Origin: Amoebophrya sp. A120
Taxonomy: Eukaryota > Protista > Dinoflagellata
Length of the DNA stretch: 64,000 nt
Assembly (NCBI GenBank): GCA_905178155.1
Contig: CAJINV010000010.1
Coordinates: 423,866 to 487,865, forward strand
Direction: 5' to 3'
Shown here: positions 49,521-60,512 of the stretch, piece after piece
Numbering within the stretch: position 1 is the first letter of the stretch
Layout of the letters: each line of letters begins with the position of its first letter
The notes under the pieces: model-generated
Told to the model about the DNA's origin: nothing
The model's input: only the letters and a program-made list of their open reading frames with translations
Database searches by the model: none
Made by a program: the position numbers and the translations under genes

Positions 49521-50758
49521 AAAATAATTTCAGACTGCTGCAAGCATCTTGATCTTGATCGTCGCTGCTTGTACTGCAACTGCTCTTCGTCTTCTCCTTT
49601 GAATAAAACTTGGTTTGTGGTAAATTTATTTCTCGTCTTTACATTTCGCAATCGTGGTCGTCGTTCTGTAGTTTCTCGTCGTTGTACTTACACAAGGATG
49701 AGAATCTGTTGGTAAAGAAGTTTGCTGGTTTGACACATCAATCTTCAGTACATCGTTGATACTGGGTATCCTTAGAAATTATCTGCTGGACAAGGACGAG
49801 ATGCAGATCTACTGCAGAAGGTCCTCGAGAAGTAGTTGTTTCTGCAGCTGAGGATGTGTCGTAGAAAATTCCGGTGGTTTCGCGGGTCCCGCAGTAAGGA
49901 GTCGTTGCTGCTGTAGTTTTCCACACGGCGCACGAGCCACTTGTAGATGAGGTGGCTCTCCCGCCGGCCCGGCACAACAGCACGCAACAGGCACGGGTAG
50001 AAAATCTGTGTGGCAATTTACTTCGCAGCTGTTGAAAAGCAAAAGATAGGACAACGATGGAAGGTTTGTGCGTTTGCCCTGCTTTATAAAAACACTCAAC
50101 AAACTGGATGGAAAAAACAGTCCTCGACTAGTACCCTTGGAGCAAGGACACGACAACCTGGACTTACTACAACAACCTCAGGCTGAAACACTGACTACTC
50201 TGACTGCAGCTAACTTTTTGGTTCGGGATAATTTTGAATCGCATGATTATCAAATATTTTCTGAACAATGAATCAGGATGAAGAAACACACCAAGACACT
50301 GTGTGCCGTGAAAAAGGATCAGTTGGGACCGTCAAGAAAGTTCTTCAACAAGCCTTTACTAGTCACAACTCCTTCTACTTCACGCCTCCTCTCCGCTCTT
50401 CCTCCACTAGTGCAGTTCTCCATTGACGGCATGAACACTCTAAATGCATTTATCGACAACATCAGCTTGCAATATTGCATGCGAGTATCATACGAGCGCT
50501 GCGTACAATCGATGAGAGCGAGGATACATTCTTTCTAGTTGTTCTACGTAGCGACACGACACCCAAGCATCGACAGCGATCAAGTCGAGATAGCGATAGC
50601 ATCGAAGTTCGAATGCAAACGAAGCACTACTTGTTGCCACGATTCGCAAAATTATGAAAGGTGTTCTTGTTGTATTTCGATAAATGAAATCTAGCCGCGC
50701 AATTCCTGTGTACTATTACAGCAACTGCAACATCAGCTTAAGCTTGCAGTGCGTACAA

Positions 50759-52465
50759 TCACTCTCCAAAAATGAGATCGAGACACTCTCTACTGGACAA
50801 AACGGGAAAGTCGGGCGAGTGCGCCGTCCGCATCAATTTCTCCGTGCTTAGCAAAATGCTGCCTCGGCTTCCTTTTTGCTGATTCGCGGCTGTACTTGTT
50901 GTGTTATCCCGTATCTCTGGGTTGTAATTTTCCAGTTTTGTCTTCAACCGCTGAACCAGATCCTTTTCGTAATCGACAGCCCCCGGATTGACGAAGTTCA
51001 AATTCCCACACGTTTTCGTTTTCACCAACTGCGGAATCGTTGGGCATAAGTTGTTATCAAGTGAAAAAGCGTCTGGGCCTGAAAGGTTACCAGGTTTGTC
51101 ATGCATATTTTGCATGACTCAGGATGTCTGTAATGCATGATCTAGCATCACATATTTTTAGAGGCCTTCCTGATGCCTGTCCCGCATGACAAATGCCCTC
51201 CCCGCGTAGCACAAACTGGGCTCCTCTTGTTGCTGGTCACGCAATACAGATTTTTTTAGAGTCCAAAATTAGCATGACAAGTTCCAACCTTCCAGACCCA
51301 GACATATTTGCGATGCATAGTTCTCCAGAAAGGTGATGCTGTTCATTGCTTTGTCCACCCGCGTGAAATTCCGTAGCTTATCACATGCAAAAGTGTCTGG
51401 GTCTGGAAGGTGGTAACTTGTGATGCTGTCTTTGGATTCCAAAAAAACTCTGTATTGCATGACTAGCAAAAGGAGTCCATTTTGTGCTACACGGGGAGGG
51501 CATTTCTCATGCGGAATAAGCATCAGGAAGCGTTCTAAAAATCTGGGATGCTAGGGCATGCATTACAGGCGTCATTGGTCATGCAAAATATGCATGACAA
51601 ACCTGGCAATCTTCCAGACCCAGACATTTTTTCACTTGATACAGCTTCCCCAGCAGCGACTGCTTGTTCTCGAATGTCCTGTATGAATTGCAAAAGCATC
51701 CCATCGTACTCGTATATATGCATTACAAATTTCCTCAGCGTGAGAAATAAAATTTGTAATGCTAATTTACCTTAAGAAAAAGATTTGTGATGCATGATTG
51801 GAATACGAGTACGATACTTTTGCACAGGATATCCTGTCCTTCATCGAGATCGGGAATTGCACGCGCAGATTCAGCACGTTCGGGTAGTAGCTGAGCAGAT
51901 CCTCTAAGACGCAGCGCGCTTTGCGGTAGAAATGGACCGTGGGCATGGTTGACCCGTCTTTACAGTCTATGTTGTCGATGTAGTCGGCTCCTTTTATTGT
52001 GTCCTTCTCCTCGTCATAGTAGTCTTGGTTCACGATCCTTGCATCCTCTGGTTCCATCGGCGGGTAAACCATGCAGCTGCCGACGAAGGTGCAGTGGATA
52101 GGGTTTTGATTGGTCGCGTTTTCTGCTTTGATATTTTCACCCTCTACAACTTCTTCGCCCAAGACGCGACACGCCCGCGCGACGTTCAGCTGGCCGAGAA
52201 TGTTGGCCTCGATCGTTTCACAAGGATGGTCCAAGCACCAGTCGATATTTGGCTGGCCGCGCACCCCGGCCGAATTAATCACGCCGTAGCGGATGGGTTG
52301 GCTCTGCTTGATAAAGTTCAGCACCCCCTCTGCGTTTTCCAGGCGGAGCGACTTGGGGTTGGTGACAACTTTGAGGTTTTGTTTCTCCAACGCTTCCAGA
52401 ATGTGCTGTCCGATAAAACCGGAGGCGCCGAAAAGAACGAAATCGCAACCGGGGGTGGAGGACAT
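50759..52465 (-). CDS. NDP-4-keto-6-deoxyglucose 3,5-epimerase/4-reductase (NRS/ER, RmlD-like; rhamnose synthesis), 3 introners
   Basis: GASGFIG, NSAGVRGQPNIDWCLDHPCETIEANILGQL, FYRKAR, NVLNLRVQFPIS. The spliced continuation KQSLLGKLRNFTRVDKAMNSITFLENLCPTI...GNLNFVNPG matches the plant NRS/ER pattern (FITKI..Y.KVV..PNSMTILDELLP...GIYNFTNPG, recalled). Confidence 0.9.
51055..51319. mobile_element. Introner family A
   Basis: TSD gttgt/gttct; removal gives FLEN-LCPT. Confidence 0.92.
51379..51641. mobile_element. Introner family A (opposite orientation to 51055-51319)
   Basis: TSD tagct/cagct; removal gives LGKL-RNFT. Confidence 0.92.
51682..51831. mobile_element. Introner family B
   Basis: TSD tcctg/tcctg; removal gives MKDR-TFENK. 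Confidence 0.93.
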
Positions 52466-53578
52466 TTTTTTTTTTGACGAAGGTCGAGCTTCCGGGTGGC
52501 GGGCCCGCCGGGGGGTTCGGCTTCTTATGTAAATTTTCTTGAAGTTGTAACAAGCGAAACGTGCAAGCGCTCTTTCAAATTCAAAACGGGCTCATGAGAT
52601 AGAATCGCGATGGGGCGAGCAATCTTCGGGCATCCGTGGCAATAATTCGCTTTGATGGTAGTTGGAATCACACGACTTCTGAGCACGCACCGAAAGTGAC
52701 GACAAGAACGCCGGCAGAAAGATGGAACACTTCTTCAAGCCCTTTGCTTGTTGTATCTTCTCCGGGCTGCTTTGCAGCCTCCAAACGCATGTACTCATGT
52801 ACAGGACAAATTTGGTATTATACAGCTAATGTAGAAATGTGTTGATTGCAGTCGTTGACATGTTCTTGCGTTCCAGCTCCAGACGAATCGGTCGATTTAG
52901 TCGCCCACCTGCTAAGTGGGATTGGGAATAATAGAGACTATAGCTTAAGCACGCTACCTATCACATTGCTAGGAAGTACATGTATAAGCTAAAGCGAAAA
53001 AAGATCATGACGCAAGAAAATAAAAAGGGCTAAATTGACTGTGAAAAGAGTACTGGGGCAAATTTCTAAAAAACCTCGTTGCCGAACTAGCGCCATGCCG
53101 CAAGTGCAAAAATCACATATAATATGCCACGCTGATGCAAACTTTATGCATGCTGAAATCAGCGCAGTTTCGGTTTTAATTGTTCTTTTATGGTGAGCTT
53201 TATGCTGTCGAGTTCAAGTTTTTAATTTGGGATCATACATCATGTCTAGCTCAACACGTCAACATCTCGACTTTCTCAGAAGGTCAAAAGCGAAGAAATG
53301 TAGTTGAGCTGTTGCTTTCTAAAATCATGTAACGACAGTGAACCTAAATGTGTGCCTGCCTGTGCCTGCATGTATGCAAAAATAAATAAAAACCGTTGCA
53401 AATAAAGACTTAGACTGCCCGCCCACAGCGACATCGTTGCGGATGTACAAGTACATGGCACCCACCTGCCTATTTGCATTTTCCTTGAGTAGACCAGGAA
53501 CACGAAATATGTGCTCAGTATGCATAGTGCGGCTCCAAAGATCGACAAGACTCTACTCTCCTCGTCCAATGTCAAAAT

Positions 53579-56500
53579 TTACGGCTGCACGGTGATCACC
53601 TGATTGTGGTTGACGAATTCTTCTCCCGAAATGTGGGGAAAAAGCTTGTGCAGCTGTTGCCGGAAGACTGCGTCCTGCGCCGCCATTGGGCCGAGCAGCA
53701 CTTGCATGTGTTGCTGTTTATCCGCTGGGATGGGATCGTAGTGGTCGTGCACGGTGATGGCGTGGGGACTGTCGTGATATTGTAAAAAGGCCTGATTCCG
53801 AACCTCATGATCCCGGTGTAGCCACAGCAAATCCCGCAGCGCGACGGCGAAAAACGTGCGCTGGAAGGCCTTCAGAAGTGGCAACTGGCTCTGCTGGTCG
53901 TGCGGTCCAATCTCCACTCCGGTGGGCCACTGATGAGAAAAGTCTCCCGTCTTCAGCTGCATCAGCAGAATTTTCTTCTCCATGGGGCAGATCTGCCCGA
54001 GGGGGGTCTCGTTGAAATTTTGAACCACTGTTGGAATACTCAAATCGTCGAGCAAATGAACAAACTGCAGGCCCAATGAATCGTACAGCACTGGCCCCGC
54101 ACTGTTTGATAAGAGGCTGGGAAGGTCGAGCAGGATGATTTCCCGGAACATTGGGTTTTTGTGAAAAGCATTTTCGGTGAACCGGGCGCCAAGTCGGCCG
54201 GATCGGTAGTAATTTCGTTCTCCCATTTGCCACAGTCGCTCCACTTTCCTGGACATGCCGCTCGCCTCCAGCATGTAAGAGCTGTAGAAGGCCGCGACCT
54301 TCATATCGTAAGGAAAAATCCCCCCTCCCCATATCGATAAGGCACACCTCAGAAAATTTGCCATGCTGATTTGTGACCACAAATCGCATCTGTAATGCAA
54401 GAAAGCAGAGCCACAGGCGCCGCCCCATTCTGCAGGCGGTTTGTAATGCTGTTGGGCCTACGGCATAGACGTTCCTCATGCTAAGTGCCTAGGCCAAAAC
54501 CTCTCGACTCCGGCACGATATGGGCCTGCAGTCCTCTCCTGCAAGACAAATCTGATTTGTGTACGCAAATCCAGCATCAGAAATTTTGTTTCGATGTGGG
54601 GAGGGTGGATTTTTCCTTCTGATACTTCAAGGGGGACAGCACCACCCCACCGAGATTGTCGCCAATCTGCGGTCCCGGGCGGAAGCCTCGGTAGTGCATG
54701 GAAAGCTGGGAGGCCCGTTGCATATGCATTGCAAAAGTATCGCACTCGTAGTAATCGCAGTCATGCATTACAAATCTCCATCCGAAGACAAAACAGCATG
54801 CCAAAAAATTCCATTTGTTATGCTGAGCCAATTTGTAATGCGATTACTACTAGTACGATTACGTTTGCAATGCATACTGCAAATGATGCAGCATATTCGC
54901 GATGGTGACGTGAAAGCTTGTGTCGTGGTTCACCATCGGGCCAACACGGCCAACGCCGCGGCCCACGCCGGTGATATCGAATGCAAAAATGTCTGGGTCT
55001 GGAAGAATGCAAGATTTGTCATGCATATTTCTCATGACCCATGATGCCTGTAATGCATGACGTAGCATCGCAGACTTTTAGAGGGCTACTTTGTGATACC
55101 TCTACCGCATGAGAAATGCCCTATCCGTGTAGCACAAATTGTACCCCTCTTGCTGGTCCTGCAATACAAATTTTTTATAGAATCCACAGACAGCATCACA
55201 AGTTGTGACCTTCCAGACCCAGACATTTTTGCAGTTGATAGGTGAAGTGCGCCCGCATGGCACCCTCGGTTACATTATAGCAGGACTCGAACCGGTTTTC
55301 ATCTAACAGCAGAAACCCTATCAAATGCAAAAATGTCTGGGTCTGGTGAAGGTTACCAGGTTTGTCATGCATATTTTCCATGACCCAGGATTGTTTGTGA
55401 TGTATGCTCTACCATCACAGATTTTCAGAACCCTTCCTGATGCCTATCCCACATGACAAATGCCCTCCGCGCGTAGCACAAAGTGGGCTCCTCTTTTTGG
55501 TCATGCAATACAGATTTTTTTAGAGTCCAAAGTTAGCAGCACAAGTTCCAACCTTCCAGACCCAGACATATTTGCAATGCATAAACCCGATGAACTGGCC
55601 GAGCAAGACCGTCTTCTCCACATCCCAAGCGTCCTCGTTGAAATCCGCGTTCCGCCGCAACAGTTCCTGCTCGGTTTCGATTGGAAGCCGGGGGTGCCGC
55701 TGGTTTTGCTGCGCGATCTGGCGTTCCACCATTTGTTCTCCTCCGATCAGTGCGATGTTCGCTATCCCATGTAAAAACGTCCCCACCCCAGATTTGTCAT
55801 GCAAATCTGCATGCCTACCATGTTTCTCATGCGCAACCCCAAGAGCAGCACTTTCTCATGCTCACCGGGACTTTGTCATGCTCTAGCCAGGATGAGGAGC
55901 TAGGTTTGCGATGCGGATAATTCATCACTACTAGCCAACCACGAGTTGTACACTAGAGACCCAGACTTGTCATGCGCAGCAGCAAAACCATGCTGATTTG
56001 TGTTGCTAAGTTCCCATCTTGACTCGTCTGGGGTGGTGACGTTTCTCCTCTGGATATTCGCGGCAAACTCATGATCGGCTTGGACGAATTCCATGGACTG
56101 CATCGTTTCGAACAATTTGTCCAGAACCCAGACCATGCTTTATCCTGTGCAAAAGCATCGCACTCGTAGTAATTGCAAACATGCATTACAAATCTTTTTC
56201 TCAAGCTAAATCCGCATTACAAACTTTATTTCTCATGCTGAGGAAATTTGTATATGCAATTATACGAATACGATACTTTTGCAATGCATATGTTTTGCAC
56301 CTTTCCGAAACTTCTCTTGACCAATTCGTTCCACGCGGTCACATGCGCCGCGCGGTCGGGATTCATCACATTCGGATTCACAGGATCCAGGTGGTGAACC
56401 GCGTGGATCATGTGATCTGCGGGCAAGTAGCCCGCCAGCGACCGCCACTGGATCTGCTGGTGCATCGGCATGAGGTCCCCACTTACCGTGTTTTCGTGCC

Positions 56501-58367
56501 ACCAAAGATCATTCGTCTCCGCGTTCAGCTTCAAATGCTCCATGGTAGCGTCGCAAACCCGCCCAAGAAACTTCGCGGCTTGCTGCAACACCCAGCGGAC
56601 GATCAACAACTCGATTTCTGCGGTCAAAGCGGGCACCAGGTTCTGCTTTGCCAATGCCGCTTCCAAATTTTTACCATCTTGATTCATCAGATCCTTGGAT
56701 AAGTTTGCGTTGACCAAACTCCGGATGTAGTGCTTCAACTCCACCCGGACCGGACTTCCGGCGCGCAGGGCGAAGAGCAGGAGTTCGAGGAAATTTTTCA
56801 GCATCGGATACGCGTATTTCTCCCGCTTTTCGAAAATCCAAGCCTGAAAGGCGGAGACTTGCAGTTCGTGGTTCGCAAGCTCCATTTCTTCTTGCTCCTC
56901 GCGCCGGAGCTGCTGATCCGCGCCCACACCCGCGAGAAAGTCCTCGAACGCCGGGACCTGGTCCGGACCCGCGTGTGTTTCCAACTCCTCGGCTTCGTAA
57001 AGGGAGAGGGCGACGGACAGGGAATCTTGGATGTCGGGGGTTTCTTCGACGATTTTGTCCAATTGCTGAAGGTCGTCGTCTAAGTACTCGGTTACCTCCA
57101 CATCCTGCTCTAAAGGCACCGCATTTACGCTCTGCGTTAACCGGCTGCTCAACTTTACCGCGTCCTCCAAAACCGCAACTTTGGAAGGGTGGAGGTGCGG
57201 GATCAGTTGCGCTTGCCCGTTCAATTTCAGGAAATCCGTGTGGAAAAAGTCAAAAGAGTCCCCGGAAAACGCGCTGGACGATTCTAACGTGTCTTTCTTG
57301 TTGTGCACTCGGTCGACTAAGTTTTCCAGGATATTTTTAGTCGTTGTTTCTTTGTTCTCCAACACGTTTTTGACCACCGTTTCCAGAAATTTCTCCACCG
57401 CCGTCTGCTTCTTGACCAGTGTGAGCTCAATTTTTCCCGTTTTCCCGTAGAATGAGTCTGGGGTGAACAACTGTGGGTAAAGTTGTTTCCATTCCGTGAT
57501 CAACGCACTGACATGTTGTCCTGGCCCGAGTCCGGACGCCGCAGAAAGTCTCACCAAGGTCCCACTCAACAAGAACTCGGATTCCTGGGCAAAGCGCAGG
57601 GGGTTTTCCTTCCCGGAAAGACGCTGGGAATTCAGGTTGTTGAAGTAGAAAAACATCTCTTGCACCGTGTGGATCTTGACGAAATTTTTATCAGTGTCGG
57701 TGATTTTTTTGTTCGTGATCTTGCTGCCCTTTGTTCCGCGTCGCGGCCCACCCCGACGACCGTCACGTCTGTCATACCAGAATGAAGCTCCAGGTCTTGA
57801 TGTTTCGCGGTTATTTTCTTGGTCCAGCGGATCCGGGCTGACAACGAAAGTGGCCAGTTCCCCGCCAAGAGTACGGATGACCAGCTTGTCTTTTTGATGC
57901 TGATCCTGCTTTTGTAGTACAGGATGATCACCCGGTTCTTGCGCAATAGACATTGTTTTGCTGCTCGTGTAAATAGCGTCCGCGTTCTCATCACCCGGAA
58001 CAACTGCAACCTCGGCGGCCCGCCGTCTACTGCTGCTGGTGGAGCGTGGCCGCGACGTCGAGGCCTTCCCCTTCCGCCGGTTTCTTTTCCTGGCCGCCGG
58101 CGAGGAAAGGGGGGAAGCAGCGGCAGAAGATGCCCCTCCGACCTGAACAAGTTCTTGGTGTTCTTGTCCCGCCTTCGCCTGCGGCGGACTCTTCGGCGCT
58201 AACGGGGAGCGCTTTGCCGGAGTGGGCGTAACGGATCTGCTGGCCGCGCCAGGACGAACACCACGGCCCGCTTGCAACGCAGCGACATTCTGGTAAATAT
58301 CAAACTCGTTGCGAACACAGAGCACGGATAGCACGACGGCCTTCACGTAGGAACAACGGGAAATCAT
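53579..58367 (-). CDS. Large hypothetical protein with signal-like N-terminus (paralogue 1), 6 introners
   Basis: A ~690-codon first exon, then spliced KVQNMVWVLD, LLGQFIGFLLLD, NMLHHLQ, RGFR..GGVVLSPLKVAAF, GRLG, LLSN...LY..GL; all collinear with the paralogue at 60513-64000. Confidence 0.85.
54304..54624. mobile_element. Introner family D
   Basis: TSD cttca/cttca; removal gives SPLK-VAAF (paralogue SPLKLAAF). Confidence 0.93.
54723..54876. mobile_element. Introner family B
   Basis: TSD ttgca/ctgca; frame restored. Confidence 0.9.
54975..55240. mobile_element. Introner family A
   Basis: TSD ggtga/ggtga; frame restored. Confidence 0.93.
55319..55583. mobile_element. Introner family A
   Basis: TSD aaccc/aaccc; removal gives GQFIG-FLLLD (paralogue GQFVGFLLLD). 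Confidence 0.94.
55763..56056. mobile_element. Introner family C
   Basis: TSD ttcgc/ttcgc; frame restored. Confidence 0.92.
56141..56290. mobile_element. Introner family B
   Basis: TSD tgctt/tgttt; removal gives VQN-MVWVLD (paralogue IQNFVWVLD). Confidence 0.93.
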
Positions 58368-59349
58368 TTTCGATTGTTTTTTGATTTTTGCACAACACTG
58401 TAGAAGTTATTGCGCTTTTATTTTACGCAGTTTGTGATGATGCAAAGACGAGAACTGTGATGCAATTGTAAGGCAGCACCGCTTTATTCGCTTTCTGTGG
58501 TACTTAAAAATCAATGATTTAGTTGTAGTTTTGAACAGAAGTAGTTCTAGACGCTGATTAGTCGAGTATCGCTAGAGCAGTAATTGCAAATCTTGTGCAA
58601 GTAGAGATAGCAGTTTTCTTTGAATTAGAAGTGGTAAGTTTTTAATTGGTCTTCGTACGTACCAAGAAATGGATAATTGTGCAAACGGTACAGCTACAAT
58701 GCGTCTACGTCTTTAACAGGCTCTAATACGACGTCTTTTGCGGGCAATTCTTCAACTTTTACTTGTTGCAAGGCACTGGAGGCATCTGTTGGCTGTGGGA
58801 GGATTGAAGTCGCAGGATGGAAAGCTGGATCGATTTTTGTTTTCGGGACAAAAGAAGGAATAGTTCGGAATCGAAATCCAAATCTTGTCCAAATGGATAC
58901 CGACACAATAAAATATGTCAGGCAAGAGATCGGTGCATTCTAGACTTTTCTATGCCATTACAATATCGAGATCAAGATCATTGAGGAGCTGCATCAATTC
59001 ACTTCTGGATCGAGAAAATATTGAGGATCCTTCTGAGCGTACATTTATTTCCTGGAGGGACCGATGACCTGCAGCATGATGTGACTTCTGATCCTCGCTT
59101 TAGTTTTGACTCTTCGTAATTTCAGCTCCGTCTTCCTGTAAACCGATTTTCAACATTTTTTGGGCAAGAACCTTCCCCTCTTCATCTTCTTCGCATAGAA
59201 CTGAATTGTGATCTGCTACTCCGACTGAGTCCACAGATGCATATCGCAGGATTCAGAGTTTATTGCGATCCTGCTGTGAGTGACGACAGACACTGCGGCC
59301 ATAATTAAAATTATCGTGGTATGATGATCCTTAATTTTCCTTTCTTTTC

Positions 59350-59394
59350 GTAACGACAGATCTCATTCTCTGAGAGAATGAGATCTGTCGTTAC
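59350..59394. repeat. Perfect 45-bp palindrome (22-bp arms, 1-nt centre)
   Basis: GTAACGACAGATCTCATTCTCT G AGAGAATGAGATCTGTCGTTAC. Confidence 0.95.
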
Positions 59395-60512
59395 CTCTCG
59401 CCTTTCCAATACGACTCGAACACGGAACAGCTGTCAATGATCACCCGAGCTGTGGTCAATGATCACCCGATGGTAGAAAGAAAAAGTAGCGCGTTACTTC
59501 TTCACTATCTTGGTTCTTGTCAAGCAGTGCTAAAGGCCTGTAACTTTCTCTTGTGTGGAAGTTCTAATTCAACAGCGATCGAACGAAGAGCGATATATTT
59601 TTTTTCTATAGCTTATAGATAGGTGCGAGCAGAGCTTCCATGGAATTTATTTCGATAGCATCGGTCCGAAAGCAGTCGCCGTGATCCAACTGTATTGAAA
59701 CAAGGTCTAGTACTAGCTGCATGTTGCCTGGTATGAACATCGTCTGTTTTTAGATTCTATTGAGGTGGTGGTCTACTTCTACCAAATAAGTATCGCAAGG
59801 CAGTCGTGCTGTAATGGTTTTTCTCGTAGCTGGCTAATCCTAATTGAATTGTACAAATGGTATTTATTGACGTAGGCTAAGAGGTCAAATTTATGAAAAA
59901 ATTACGTGAAAAAATGCACAAAAATAAGAATCCTGTATCAAGAATCAATCATGCCTCTTTGTGCATAATTTCAATCTCCGTATACAACTCGAGCATATGA
60001 TGCATGTGCATCCCTAAAGAAAGCGAATACAAATAACAGTATAGAACATCAGGTGGCTTATTCTCTGTAGTAAAAACAAAAAGTCAAAGGAAGCTGTTGA
60101 GGGCTTTCTTCCTAAAAAAAAAAAGGAGATATGCAACTAGTACTTGAATATTAGACTGCGAGCGTCTAGTAGTATCCCTATCCGTTTTAATTCTGCACAA
60201 TATTCTTTCACTGCTCAAATCAAATGACTTGTTTATCAGCGGAACTGCAAGGCGGGCAAGAAAAAGTGATTATCATTCAAAACTCGGCGTGGTTCTTCTC
60301 GAGGAGATATTCACATACACATTACGTCAAGCTATATAGTTCGAAGTTCTTTACCAGCAATAGGCCGCCTCCTCAAAAGTTTATGTTCTCTCTTAAATGG
60401 TCTTCTAACACTGTATGCTAATCCTGCTACTCCGATCTAGCAATATTGTGCCAGCTTCTTCGCGATACGTGCGCAGCGTCGCTGCCTCACCAGTGTAAAA
60501 TACATTTATCAA

